Positions 25,278 through 38,144 of a DNA stretch of 64,000 bases are shown piece after piece. Position numbers and translations under genes: made by a program. The DNA is from Botryllus schlosseri (Eukaryota). The first letter of the stretch is position 1; every line of letters begins with the position of its first letter. The stretch lies in contig CM119371.1 of the NCBI GenBank assembly GCA_051294905.1, forward strand, positions 34,288,001-34,352,000. Direction: 5' to 3'. The notes beneath the pieces were generated by a model. It ran no database searches, was not told the origin of the DNA, and saw only the letters and a list, made by a program, of their open reading frames with translations.

Positions 25278-26560
25278 CAGTGGTTCCCAACGTGGGCGAT
25301 ATCGCCCCCAGGGGGCGATTTGTCGGTCCAGGGGGGCGAAAATAGTCAAGGGGCGATAGGGGGGCGAAAACGGACGAAGGGGGCGATTAGGGGGGCGATG
25401 GCGTGGTGAAATGGCTATATTGGCGTCCATGACCGTAACTGCCACACCCAAACCCCCAATTGAGATGGGGGCCCGAGCTCGAAGGGGGCCCACAATTTTT
25501 TCGTGAATTAACATTAATTATAGAGTAATATTTTGGAAATTTAGGCAACTTTTTCAAAGTAATTTCGCGCTGCGCGCCATTTCCTGATCGCATATTTCTT
25601 GCTTATTGGATACTATTCCTCCAAGGAATAATACGCATGAGGTATAGAAATGGGCATCTCGGCGTCAGCCATTATCACACCATGACGCACCAAGACATAT
25701 GATGTTTCAGGCCATGTAACATGCGACTCCGAGAAATGTGCCAGAACGAGAAAACCTTGGCGGAAAAGGACTGCCTTTATGCTGACCTATACTTCGATAT
25801 ATATATGATATACATAGGCCTATATATTTAATTGTCCATAGGCGCCTAAATGGCTGGCGCCAAATGTTCGTGTCCTGGCAATCAGAATCCCACAAAAAAA
25901 TGCCATCTCGCAAAGAAAAATTAATTCCCAGTGCAGAAATACCAATTTGAAATCGTGTGCGTCTAGTACGTATGGGCGATTTGAATATATATTTGACATA
26001 GCAGACAGGCCACGAAATGTCATTACGTAACGAAGTCATTATACCCACGGGTCCGCCCAAATATTTTCAATTATTATTTACGGGCGCTACATTTTCCAAG
26101 ACACCTTTCACTCAGCTTTACCGGTAAATCTGAATACATGAGCAGAGAGAGGATACAAAATTGACTGCAATATATATGCAATTCCCGATCAGATTGACCG
26201 ATTCAATCATAAATGATAGAAATTTTTCGCGCTTAGCGCGAATTAAGCCGACTAACTAAAGAGTCCAACAATTTGTGCTGAGAAGTATAGCGGTAAAGAG
26301 GTATCGGGGGAGTTTGGTCTGAGGGATGCAGAAGTTTGCTTTATCGCCCTATGGAGGAGGGTCAAGACCAACGTATTGGGAGGGGGTGACGAAATGCTGT
26401 TACGGTCCTTTGGGAATCAAGTCGGAGAAATCACTTTTTTTGTTAGTCAAATCACCAAAATTTAGCTGGAAAAGTGTAATTTCGAGGTCGAGCCGAAAAG
26501 TTGACCTTTTTTCTTAGTCGACTCGCCGGTGATTTCAGTCTGTTTCCCCATTTTTCGGTT
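25278..26560. mobile_element. Partial hAT MITE (family of 10168-10481, opposite orientation)
   Basis: Begins CAGTGGTTCCCAACGTGGGCGAT with GGGGCGA repeats; second TIR not found, so right boundary is approximate. Confidence 0.65.
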
Positions 26561-28453
26561 CCCAATACATATTTTTATAGAATTTTGGATAGAATTGTTG
26601 TGTGATCGTTCTGTATATGTCATGTATGTCCGTAAAATCGCAGCATACTACTACTGTATTATTAAAAATGAATTCCTTTTCATGGGCGAGGCTCGCGTCG
26701 CGAGATGCCAAAAGAACTCAGATTTTGCTAGTTGTCTAAAAGCTGATTTAACGTTATTCAACTGTTATGAATTCTCAAGTTAGATTGGCCTAAATAGCAG
26801 AACACACGGTATCGTGAGTATATTTGCTCTTCCCACATACTCGCGAGACAGAAAATGTGAAATCGAAAAAAAAAAACAGTCGGGGCAGCGTATCATAAGG
26901 TAGCGAGCTCTAATGTGCGTACTCTCCTTGATCGTTTGGACCTTATTTTCCACCTTCTTTTCCAAGATATAAGGCAAACGCCTCAACACAAACACATGGC
27001 TTTTCACCCTTTCGACTACCTGGAGCCTCCTAGACCTTTTTGTCAGCTCTCAAAATCGATTCCTTCCAGCAAGCATTTATTCACTCATGAAAAATACGTT
27101 GTATTTTGGATAGGAATGCAGAACAGCTTTTAAGACCTGGCCGTCCAAGCACTAGTAGACGTTCTTGTACAAAACCCATGAACTTGTTTGGCCGAGAAGG
27201 GTCTTAGTGAAATAGTAGAAATCAAAACGAGCGAAAATAGTAGCCTTTTTAATGAGACACGTGATGGCTTGAGATACATAGTATCCAATTTGTTGCACAA
27301 ATAAGTTGTATTTCATCTTATTTTTGTATAACAATTTTCGGTTGTGCGAATGAAATTTATTTTGCAAAAAAAGGGCGAATGAAGCTCAAAAAGGTTGAAA
27401 AGCACTGTACTAAGCCATGGCATTACGGTGTTTTCTAGTAGGAAAATTCTGCATTTATGTTATTCATTTATATATTTAACGAGATTTAAACTTAGATGTC
27501 AATATTGATATCGATTTTAGTAGACGCATTGTCGGTCATTGGAGAAACAAGATTGAATGAAAACGAACAATGAACCTAATTTTGGAAGAGGTTTTACTAT
27601 ATGTGAGAAGGCATTTCCCTATATCTTTACAGCGTTGTTTTACGTATGCAAAATACTATTTTACCAAGGACTATAGGCTTAGAATTAGCGTGGAAGTACC
27701 TCACTAGTCACTGGAAATGCAATGTAAAATTATGACGTAATAGTTCCGGTTTCGTTGGGAGTTTCCACATTTCGTTTGTAATGGCAATATGACATGCAAA
27801 GGTAGATCCGCTTTTGACTGAAATGATGAACCTAGTTCCGCATATCTCCTATCCAATGCTACCGAGGGAATATCGCTATTTAATCCAGTGGTAGTACACC
27901 GGTGTTCCATGGAACACTTTCGGTTCCGCGAACCAGTTTCTGGAGTTCCGTGGAGGTCGAGACACACGCTCGGCTCAACTCAACATATGATTAGTGATGA
28001 CAATCCCGTCTTGGCCATCATTGGGTGCGGGCAATTAGACCTGGTCCGTAGTTGCATTGTGACTGCTGTGGTAGTACGTCATGTACAGTAGCGTACGCAG
28101 GTTGGGGGTCGGAATTGAAGCCCCGTTCCCCGGAAATGCCAATTCCCTCTCCATTTGTTGAAATCCCGTTTGTAATCATGTAATTCATGTCACGCCGCTA
28201 CATTTCCACCTATCAATACGATGACACATATCCAGTGGAAGTCTCGCATTTCTGAACTTTTGTTTGACAGGAAACGCAGAAGTAACACCAATGTGCGATA
28301 AATAAACATTAATTTGTTTTTGTGTTATATGTAAATTATATTTTAGTGATCTCGTTCTTTTAAACGCTCTGTTGATGCACATTTTGTGCACCAGCGATGT
28401 ATAGTAATGCATTATATGCTGCGTATAGTTTTTATGACCCAGCGAAAATTCGG

Positions 28454-28636
28454 AGTTGCTGTTATTATTATTGCTGTTTGTGGTATTCATGGTGTTTGTC
28501 GACTACTATGGTAATTTATACCAGGCCGATATTTCTTTATTTTGATTCTGGAGCTAACGACCTGTTGCACGGCGCAGTACTAGACTTTTATTAAGACACC
28601 GCTTACGCGCATGGAATGGCGAGGAGCCTAGATAAA
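28454..28636 (-). mobile_element. SINE body and tail fragment
   Basis: Reverse complement matches 37960-38140 (GTAAGCGGTGTCTTA...GGCCTGGT...GAATACCACAAA...GCAATAA). Confidence 0.8.
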
Positions 28637-29112
28637 AAAGATTCAGGTTCCGCGAATGCTTGCAGATTGGCGTAAGTGTTTCAGGGATTGGCTAAGGTTA
28701 ATAACCGGTGATCTAATCACAGCATGACCATCATTCAACCTTCATCCAACTTCTCGGTAATATTTCTAGAATTTTACTGGCACTATGGTTGACAGAGGCG
28801 CATTAGATGACGCATTGAAATTCTAACTGATTGCGTCGGTATGTCAAATCCACATTTGCTTTGTTTTATGGTATGCGGACTTTGACTGGATCGGGTCACT
28901 ACGCGAAGCTGCTGTTGTGTAGACTGCATATTGTACACCTGTGCTTGTTTGTGGATGGAGTCTTTGTAGTTTGTTCCATACAAAGAACCTCACATATACC
29001 AATCCTGAGCAAAACATACTGAACTGACGATTCGGACTGTCAGTTATTCGACTTACCTGCCATTAGATGTTATTCACATTTACACATCAGATTGAGGGGA
29101 TTAAGTATTTAG

Positions 29113-29438
29113 CAGAGATGAGCGGATTTGAAATTTCTATGTCCTAATCCAATCCAAATCTGGACCTTCAAATCCAAATCCAAATCCTAATCCATAACTT
29201 TTTCATATTCAAGTCCATGTCCAATCCTAATCCGATTCCAACTGGAAATTCAGAAAAAACGGATTTGTTTGCCGCCATTCGCCACACGACATTTCAATCT
29301 CCCAGAAAATAGGTAAATCCAATCCAAATCCTAATCCGTTCTGAAAAAAAATGTCTAATCCAAATCCAATCCAAATCCGACAAAATTTTACAAATCCTGT
29401 TTTTTTCAAAACCTAATCCTAATCCATGCTCATCTCTG
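29113..29438. mobile_element. hAT-type MITE with AATCC repeats
   Basis: TIR CAGAGATGAGC/GCTCATCTCTG; TSD GTATTTAG. Confidence 0.9.
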
Positions 29439-30030
29439 GTATTTAGGTCTTCACAGTTGTTTACGGGTCTTATGGGATCCGCGGTTTCGCAGAAACTCTT
29501 TATTAAGGCCCCTGCCAAGATACGAATATAGATATAGGAAGAAAGAGGTATTGTTTGTACCTACGCACCATCGCGGTGCTTTGACTGAATAGGTTCAAAA
29601 CAACGGAAAAATTATGGTTTAATCTTCACGAATTTTCCTGTACGCCCAATGTAGGATTGACAAGCACATAGCGGAGAAGCAGCGAATACCAATTATATAA
29701 ACGATTCTTTGGCATGACCCCGCACACTGCAAACGTTTCAATCATTCAGAGCGATATGCCAATGAAATGCAGAGAATAACATTTCACTTTATATTCTGTG
29801 GACAACTGAAATCACGCTTATTGACGTATTTACATTGTGCCTTGGTACCTTGTGTTTTACCCCATATTGTATTTTAACGTTAGGTTTATTCCGTTCATAA
29901 TGTTAGGTTGGTAAAGCCGGCAAACCACTCTAGTCGACAATATCATTGAAATCACCAATATATCAGGAATCGAACCAACACTTTCATTACAGTAGTCACA
30001 TTTTATCGGAAACGAGGGTAGCTATTTCTG

Positions 30031-30138
30031 GGTTCTATACCAATACCGATAAAACCATTACCCTGAACGAACATCACCGAGAATTCCATTACCGAGAATG
30101 GACATTACCAAGAATGGACAGTACCGAGAATGGACATA
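30031..30138 (+). repeat. Single arm of the ACCGAGAAT foldback element
   Basis: Starts GGTTCTATACCAATACCGA as at 36523; about six 15-bp units. Confidence 0.75.
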
Positions 30139-30408
30139 TGTTTGTGTTTCATATGATTAAACGCCTCGGCAATTCTGATTATAAAAACCTTTATATTTTC
30201 ATGGCGGTTTCTGATTTGCCGTAATAATTTTCTGCGAACTATAAATGGCCGAAGGGATCAGCGTTGCTTTCAAGTAGAACATGTATTGCCATACATTTCT
30301 ACTCAATTACATGTAGAAGTTGTAATTTCTGAGACATGTAAAAACTGCTTCAGGTGGAAGAGGAAAATGAAAGCTCTGAGATGTACCAAAGTCTGTATGT
30401 GTCTAAGT

Positions 30409-31437
30409 CGGGCCTGGGCAAAGTGCGGCTCGCGGACCAAATGCGGCGCACGAAGCTATTCTGTGCGGCCCGCGAAAGGTTGTTTGGAATTCAAAACATA
30501 AAACTTGCTTTCTGAATAACTAAAACCATATAGCCTGTATCAACTGTACAGGAAATTCGTTTACTTTGAAGCCTGTTCATGTTTATTAATATGTCATAAT
30601 CACGCTGCCTCGCATGCGTAATCCAGATTCAAAATAAAGGCAATGTGGCAAAGTATGAGTAGCAATTCAAGTCACAAGAAATCAATCGTTCCTTATAGTT
30701 TTAGTTCAAACCTTCTTTGTTGCCATTTTCACATTACGTATTATACGATATGCGGTTGAAATTGTAACCTGATACTTTTCCAAATACCTAATTTGTAAAA
30801 CAAGTCAATCAGTGCTTGCGATTAATACATGACTCATCGTATCGATACCCATAAAGGATTAACGGTCATGCCAAAAAAGGAAAGCCGAAAACTGAAATTC
30901 AAAGAAGGTTTATACTTCAGAGCACTAGATATTTGTATGCTGGAGTCAGAGGTAAACTCGTCCTTTTAGTTTTTGGCGAGCATGTCGCCGACATTAAAGA
31001 TTATAATTGGAATCTGTCTTATGACAAAAACACGAAACACTCGTTCAAGGGAGGGCGAAGTTTAAAAAACTGAAAGTTTCGCTCAACATCAAGGCTATTT
31101 AAACTGCACACTGCTCGGAGGACAGCGGCCAAGAAAATAAGCCTTCTACTATTGCAGATACATTTCGGTGCAGTGGTTCACGAACTGGGGGCATGAAAGC
31201 ATCAGTTGTAAAAAGTTTTTGTTTCGAATCAGAACGGCAAATAGATATTGTTTCAGTTAACCGTAACTTTCTCATTACCTAACATCAACACATTCACAGA
31301 GCAGCACTTATTAACAGTGTAATTTATAAATAAAATTAAAATACGCTGGAGAATATAACTAAAATTCTTCACTCGGCCCGCAAACGTATTTTCTACTTCT
31401 CATTTGGCCCGCGGAGGAAAATAATTGCCCACCCCTG
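30409..31437 (+). mobile_element. Non-autonomous hAT (Charlie/SPIN-like) element
   Basis: Imperfect TIR CGGGCCTGGGCAA/TTGCCCACCCCTG; TSD GTCTAAGT; relic peptide YLYAGVRGKLVLLVFGEHVADIKDYN at ~30930-31010 resembling the transposase N-terminus. Confidence 0.85.
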
Positions 31438-32426
31438 GTCTAAGTATATTTGGTGGGGGAAGGGGTCGCATACTTTTAGCAGTTACTCGGAGGTGGCTAT
31501 ACACGAAATCTGAAGATGTAACGTCTACGTATAGCGCGATATGACTATAATGACACTATCCATTGGTAGAATATTCGTAAATGTATTCAGTTACCGCGAT
31601 TCAGGGGTTATTTCACGCCATTCTTATGACAATTTAACTCACGAGAGTGGTGCAATCTTATCCTTAAACTACATTATACTATTTAAAATTGCAAAAGTTA
31701 ATAGTTCATCCAAAATACTGTTCAGGTAGAAATGGAAGTAGTCTGAAAACGTATAGACACTATAGCAAGTACGAGAAGAAGGCAAAATCTACTTGAGTAA
31801 CCTGAAAAAGTATTAATAATCGACATATATATTATCTCAGAAACGTGATGGCATTGGGCAAAAATAACGCCGGATTCGGATTCAGGGCCCCAAAATTAGG
31901 TAATAATTTCCAAAACAAATCGCCGAAGAATCCTGTAGACCAGCGTTATGCATGGTATATTCGTGGGTGTATATCTCTTTATGGAATATCTTGATGGAGA
32001 GGGTGGTGTAGAGCTTCGATTGTTTTAGTAAGTAGCAATGTCCTCGGTCCTGTCCTTTGAATAAGTTCACCCAGGCTTTCTTTAGCGCTCGTGCCCACGC
32101 ATTGCTGAGGGGAGCCTCGGGAATACGCAAAATGATAGTAAAACATATAGGGGTGGTCTTCGCGGCTGTACAATATAGCGGAGTCTGTTGACGATCCTAC
32201 ATAGATATGGAATACCAGTCACACCGACCCCATGACGTCATACTTTATGATGTTCTTGTAGGATGCGTTGGCTACATGTGCAATGTGCAGTGTCATGTAC
32301 AATTCTACGTACATTGTACAAGTATAGTCAACAACAAGAATGTCACGAGCGGGATATATTGATGTCAGTCAGAGCTTATTGTGTTGTCTCGATTTGGAAC
32401 ACATCATATGATGCTAACGTCTAGTA

Positions 32427-32726
32427 CAGTGGTTCTCAACCTTATTTTAGACACGTCCCCCTTTATGATAGTGAAAAATCTCGCGCCCCCATTATCGTCA
32501 TATCACAAAATCCAGCCAGGATGCTAGTAAACCCAACAGCTTGTTTGATGGCATGGCAGGTTATGACTATTGATTAGAGAATTCAAAAATATGAAATTCG
32601 GTCTATATAGAGGGAAACACGCGTGAATTGGAGGTAAATCACGCAGAGCACGAAAAAAAAATCAGTTGACCACTTCTTCGCGTCCCCATTCAGATGCTTT
32701 CACGCCCCTTAGGTTGAGAACCACTG
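32427..32726. mobile_element. hAT (Buster/Charlie-type) MITE
   Basis: Perfect 16-bp TIR CAGTGGTTCTCAACCT/AGGTTGAGAACCACTG; TSD GTCTAGTA. Confidence 0.93.
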
Positions 32727-32985
32727 GTCTAGTACGTGGTACAGTCTACTTGTGTGTAATACTTGTTCAACCGAATCTGTGACGCAGAATTGAGTACTAT
32801 TTCGATATTACAATCAAGTTTCGATGACATTTTGATAACTACCGGCCATATGTGATGTTATGAGTATAACTGATGAGTAAGGACGCAATTACGTTGATGA
32901 TGCTGACTTGACGGACTATTTTGTCATCCGACATGCTGTTACACACCTTTAATGCCTGAAGAACGAAGCGGGATGCACTGATTCA

Positions 32986-32997
32986 GGGGAATTCCCC
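32986..32997. promoter_or_regulatory. Distal palindromic NF-kB site upstream of E2 copy 3
   Basis: GGGGAATTCCCC, a perfect 12-bp palindrome containing consensus GGGAATTCCC, 665 bp before the ATG. Confidence 0.6.
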
Positions 32998-33531
32998 AGC
33001 CCTTGTAAGGTATACTGGTATATGTACCGTTAGTATGGGTGCGCTGTTATGTATGGGGTCCTAGGTGGGGTCGTATTTACTTTTAATTATGGCCTCACCT
33101 AGGAAAGCACACAATGTGGGGTGATGACACTCACGAACCAATGATGCCATGTGATAAAATTGAATCGTCGCATACAGATTAGATTTCTTATACAGACAAT
33201 CGATATACTTATTATTCATATCAGAGATAACAGTTAAAATGAGCTGAGCTCGCCACTATGCCATTAGACACTAGATCATGAATACCGACTTCCATCATAT
33301 GCATGTTACGACAGGTGGTTATTTTAGTCTTTCTACTCCGCCCCTTCCCCTTGGTTAATTCAAATCTTCAAGTCAACGTCGGAATATATTCCGCAAAAAT
33401 TACGTCTCGAGGACTGACAAAGAATAAGTTAATCACTGAGTATACAAGTGTTAGAAGGGACATATCACTGTACTATCGATAAAAGAAATGGCAGCTGTGA
33501 TCTACCGAATCGTTTCTGTAGGCTGATGTTT

Positions 33532-33543
33532 GGGGAATCACCC
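33532..33543 (+). promoter_or_regulatory. NF-kB-like site, E2 copy 3
   Basis: GGGGAATCACCC, one mismatch to consensus, 46 bp upstream of TATA. Confidence 0.5.
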
Positions 33544-33577
33544 GGTATATGTCCCTACTTTGTAGCACAGTAGGTCC

Positions 33578-33587
33578 TATATATATA
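33578..33587 (+). promoter_or_regulatory. TATA box, E2 copy 3
   Basis: TATATATATA, 73 bp before the homologous ATG. Confidence 0.68.
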
Positions 33588-33650
33588 CTGGCTACGCATA
33601 TACGAGGACCAACCATCAAGCAACAGTGCACAGCAACATTCAAACGAAAG

Positions 33651-34154
33651 ATGGCTATGAAAAGGCTTCAGTACGAGTGTAAAAAGTTTTCTAATGAGCC
33701 CAGCACGCTTCCTATTAAAGCAGGACCGATAGACGAATCGGACTTGTATCATTGGTGGGCGACGATAGAGGGGCCTCCCGGAACCCCTTTTGAGGGAGGG
33801 GTATTTCGAATTCTCATCGAATACTCAACAGAATATCCGTTCAAACCTCCGAAAATGCGATTCGACACTAAGATTTTCCATCCTAACGTCAGCAGGCGGG
33901 GCACGATATGCGTGGATATTTTGCAAGCGCAATGGTCACCAGCACTCACAACGGAAAAGGTACTGCTATCGATATGTTCCCTGCTTGCATCTCCCAATCC
34001 TGACGACCCTATGGACGCCGAGAGCGCTAATTTGTACGTGGAAAATCCGAAGCTTTATGCATTACGGGCCAAGCAATGGACCGACATGTATGCAACTGCA
34101 TCGTCATCAATAACGCAACGAGTCGAAAGGGATCAAGGGATCACAGTCTATTAA
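33651..34154 (+). CDS. UBE2D-like: Ubiquitin-conjugating enzyme E2, UBE2D-like, copy 3 (167 aa, extended C-terminal tail)
   Basis: MAMKRLQ start homologous to the other copies; the ORF-track start at 33549 lies upstream of the TATA box; HPN and Cys87 intact. Confidence 0.95.
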   Translation: MAMKRLQYECKKFSNEPSTLPIKAGPIDESDLYHWWATIEGPPGTPFEGGVFRILIEYSTEYPFKPPKMRFDTKIFHPNVSRRGTICVDILQAQWSPALTTEKVLLSICSLLASPNPDDPMDAESANLYVENPKLYALRAKQWTDMYATASSSITQRVERDQGITVY

Positions 34155-35555
34155 ATTTGATTTCTTTTGAATTGAGTTTCACAGATGTGCGACGAATTAG
34201 ATATCCATACGTTATGCATACGGTATTTCAAAACGTTTACACTTTACACATGTGTTAATGAATTGTCCTTAGTGAGTTTATCGATGGTCACTGAACGCTT
34301 TCTAAATGTGTTGGACATTGATCTTAGAACTGAATTCACTAATATTATAGTATACGCTTCGCTGATCGAAGGACAGGTTTTCAAAAGTTTCCTGTTTGTA
34401 TTTGGTAGATTGGTTGTTAAAATGGTTCTTTAAGTGAATATATTCGGTTTCCAAGCTATATATTTTTCGATACCATTTTATAACTGTATACCGTTCTTTG
34501 TATGACTCTATGCAATTAACCCTTTTCATTTTATACTTTTCTCAAAATCTTTCTTCGAGCTATAGACGTTTCAGTATGGAATAAAACCGTGTCTGCGTAT
34601 TTTGTTTATCCTACGACATCATTTATAATTTTACATCACATTCGTAGCCAAGGCTACGTATATGGAGCAGGACATAGATCCGTAAATTTCTTCCAACAAG
34701 GACGTGGATGGTTGGGTTGCTAACACATTTATATCTGACGTAGCTTTATACGCCTTGAAGAGCATCCTGAGAACTAACATATGCGAGATGTTTTTATATT
34801 TTCTATGCTTCGCTGTTGTAGAGTGTAGTGCATGTGTGTACGTACACGTACAGTACTCCGAAGTGAGGGTCGGGGTGTTTTTTCTCGACGGTTTCTTGCG
34901 ACTTTGCCGAAATCGCTAAACATTTCAACAAACCAAAGACCTTTGAGTAGAAAAGCTCATACTTGCTGCTATAAATGTAGAACAACATTTGTTTGAGTCT
35001 TGGGGATGTAGCAGGGCGTATGATAAAATTAAAGAATGACTACGATGCGTTCACACCATGCTCATAAAAGTCATGGAAGAACACCTGTAAGGTTCCCATG
35101 TCTGTGTTATGTTGTTACGTTTGCATAAACAATATGATGTTTATATTGTGGATTTGTATGTGGATGGTACATTTACTGTTATATTCCTTTACCTGGTAAA
35201 TCCTGCCAATCATGATCAGTCCTAGGTAGTTTTGATGATTATCAAGGCCGTGTACAATATGAAAATGATCTCGTGAATTCTATATAACCCTGAAATTTAT
35301 CACATTTACTAGACTAGTGAAAAATCGCGGCACTCAAATTAGAACTAATCCTTCATTTTCAGTCATTTTTCGTCCAGATCATAATGCACACCAACGCAAG
35401 GAATGACTCAGAAACGCACATTAAACATACATTATCCGCGCATTCATCCACTTATCCAAGGAATGAATCGTATTTACCGTAACCGTCAAGTAATACATAG
35501 ATACCAAACCAATATTTATTGAATTTATTAACGTACACCCCAATACCTGTTGAAG

Positions 35556-36023
35556 TCAATGAGACGTTTGCGGTCGGCCGAAGTTGTCAACAAGTTCTTT
35601 GAACTCTAGGTGTATGTCGGACATAGAAACCCTTTGTATAGACTGCTTGTGAACATCAGTTAGATTGGAACGCAGCTTTGTCGTGTTAATGTTCATGGTC
35701 GAAAATGCTATCTCGAAAATGTATGTAGACCCGAACAGAACAAGTAGTTTATTGGCCATTTTTCACATGTTGGCAAACTCGAATTCATACAGTCACTCAT
35801 AAAATTTGTCAATGCTTTGGGATTTGAATTTCTCTTTCAGGGTGGAGTCATACCGAAGATCAATCATCTCCAGCTCCATGCAACCTACATTCACTATATT
35901 TGACGTAGTAAGCAAGTAATGGGAGATTGCGGCAGACTGTGTCCGGACAGTAAGACCGGAAACTGTCTGTGGGCCGTTCAAAAATCCTGTGGCGGGCCGC
36001 GAGCCGTATGTTGCCCGCCTCTG
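35556..36023 (-). mobile_element. hAT (Charlie/SPIN/GTF2IRD2-like) transposase C-terminal relic with one TIR
   Basis: Peptide LLVLFGSTYIFEIAFSTMNINTTKLRSNLTDVH...RPQTSH*; TIR GTTGCCCGCCTCTG ending at 36023. Confidence 0.85.
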
Positions 36024-36522
36024 GTATAAGGCATGTGAAACGGACTGAAAACCATAACTTTGTGACGTCACCTCAGGTCATAGGTTTGTGCTCACGTTCA
36101 TGTTCATGTTCACACTAGCCAGAACATTTCAGGGGTTTCCACCATCCACGACTTCAGGGTAATGGAGGACAACTTATATCGGATTAAAATAGAGTTTGAC
36201 ATGACGAACCATGGATAGTTGACGTATGTTTACATGCAGTGATGTTCACAACGGGTGAAATCTTTCATCAGCTTCTTCTAGTCACCACGACCAATATACC
36301 TTCGTAAGTACATCAATGACGCGAATTCGGGCGCTGATCAACAGGATCTACCTATAGAATACTTGACACGATGTCAGCTTTATTCGCGCGTCAGAGCTTT
36401 GATGGCGATTGAGGACTGAAGCTGCCGCTGTCAATATATCCAGTCGAACGAATGAATCTTTAGGTTAGGCAAACATTATGTAAGAGGTGTGTCGGAGGTG
36501 GGCGCAGTAATGTCATAAATTA

Positions 36523-36929
36523 GGTTCTATACCAATACCGAGAAAACCATTACCGAGAATGGACATTACCGAGAATGTTATTACCGAGAATGGACATTAC
36601 CGAGAATAGTCATTACCGAGAATGGACACCACCGAGAATGGACATTACCGAGAATGGCCAATGTCAAGAATATAGGTTACTGGGACTGACGTTGTCGCGA
36701 AATGTATGCCTGAGCATCGATACCGAATGTGGCAACACCGTGATGCACTCACACGACCTGTGCATATGCATAACATGCCTGCATTGCATATATTGCATTC
36801 TCGGTAATGTCCATTCTCGGTGGTGTCCATTCTCGGTACGGTCCATTCTCTGTGGTGTCCATTCTCGGTGGTGTCCATTCTCGGTAATGGCATTCTCGGT
36901 AATGGTTTTCTCGGTATTGTCCAGACACC
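36523..36929. mobile_element. Short foldback element with 15-bp tandem-repeat arms (Mutator-like)
   Basis: ACCGAGAATGGACATT-type units on the left, their reverse complement on the right; GG..CC termini; 9-bp TSD CATAAATTA/CATGAATTA. Confidence 0.85.
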
Positions 36930-37852
36930 CATGAATTACGCATAGTCGCATACTCCTATCATTGGAAACATCAATAAACTCCCTACGTACATACCTGACC
37001 ACATAATACACCGATACTGTAGTAATAACCCGCTATTCGATTACATATATATAGCCCACGGCCACTTTTCAGTTCAGAGTCATCTCTGGACGACAAATAC
37101 ACTTGTAAAATTTGCTACTGCGAATTTTGCAACGCGGAGAGGCCCTCTGGTGTTCCATGACATCACTTATTTCTTGAGATATACCTTGCATAAAAATGTT
37201 TATAGTTGTTGTAGAAGCAGAATATCCCCGCAGGCTTACTATATATGCACCAAAATCATGAGTATAAATGTCAGGAAAAGTAAACGAGATTAGGCTTCTA
37301 ATCGCGCTGAGCGCGAAAATATTAGCCCAAACTTATCGGAAAAACCTTCACTCACGAGACGCACAAGATTCCAAGTTCTTATTTTGATAGTGCGCGGCAT
37401 TTTCCCCTGCGGTACGCATTTGTACGGTGGGGCTCAGATTGCAAAGACATTATTCTATTAAATACGAAAATTCCAAGTCACCTGAATCGCGCTGTGCGTG
37501 AAGAAAATGTTTAGGTTGACTTGAAATCTCTCAGATAATTTGAAACCAATTCGTAAGTTTAAATGGAACATTGACGGCCATCAACATACGCAACTTTAAT
37601 TATGTTTATACAATACAGCAGCACATAACCTGATTGTTGTTTTAGGTCTGATTGCGGTCGTACGTCCCCAGGCTGGCCAGTGGCCACCCCTGGTGTAATC
37701 GAAATAAAGATGAGCAAAGCTGCAACGTATAAGAAATGCTAAATACTAATCAGGGCTCGAGGTTACCGGACCACCCTCTAACATGCTGGCTCTCAAACTC
37801 GACCCCCGAAAGCCCTGGATACGCCCCTGCAATTATATACGGAGTGTTATTT

Positions 37853-38144
37853 GTGTGGCGAGATAGCGTAGTGGTATAAACCCTAGCTGCAACACCAATG
37901 GGTTGCGGGCTCGAGTCCGACCGAGGTCGACTCCAGAATTCCTACCCAAGTGTTGGAGGTTTATCTAGGATCCTCCTCGCCATCTCATCCGTGTAAGCGG
38001 TGTCTTATAAAGGCCTAAAAGTATGGGCCGTGCTACAATTCGGCATCTACGGAATGAAATATCAAGAAAATTGGCCTGGTGTAAATGACCATAGCAGTTG
38101 ATAAACACTCTGAATACCACAAATAGCAATAACAACATAACACT
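37853..38144 (+). mobile_element. Full-length tRNA-derived SINE
   Basis: Pol III A box TAGCGTAGTGG (37864-37874); B-box-like GGCTCGAGTCC (37908-37918); (CAA/TAA)-rich tail; 9-bp TSD GTGTTATTT. Confidence 0.88.

Larger units (their letters stand above)
23539..27407 (+). mobile_element. Deleted hAT (Buster/Charlie) transposon carrying nested MITEs
   Basis: Perfect 16-bp TIR CAGTGCTTTTCAACCT/AGGTTGAAAAGCACTG; TSD TACTAAGC; transposase C-terminal relic (FWIGMQNSF*DLAVQAL) at ~27040-27320; GTGCGAA subterminal repeats. Confidence 0.88.

Noticed and set aside
33549..33650. 34-aa N-terminal extension of E2 copy 3 in the ORF track
   Set aside because: The start lies upstream of the TATA box and the extension has no counterpart in other copies
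35556..35880. Domesticated GTF2IRD2-like host gene
   Set aside because: C-terminal fragment only, with in-frame stops and adjacent to a TIR
37860..37935. tRNA gene
   Set aside because: A and B boxes are present but there is no convincing acceptor stem or T-run terminator; it continues into a repeated body with a TSD, so it is a SINE
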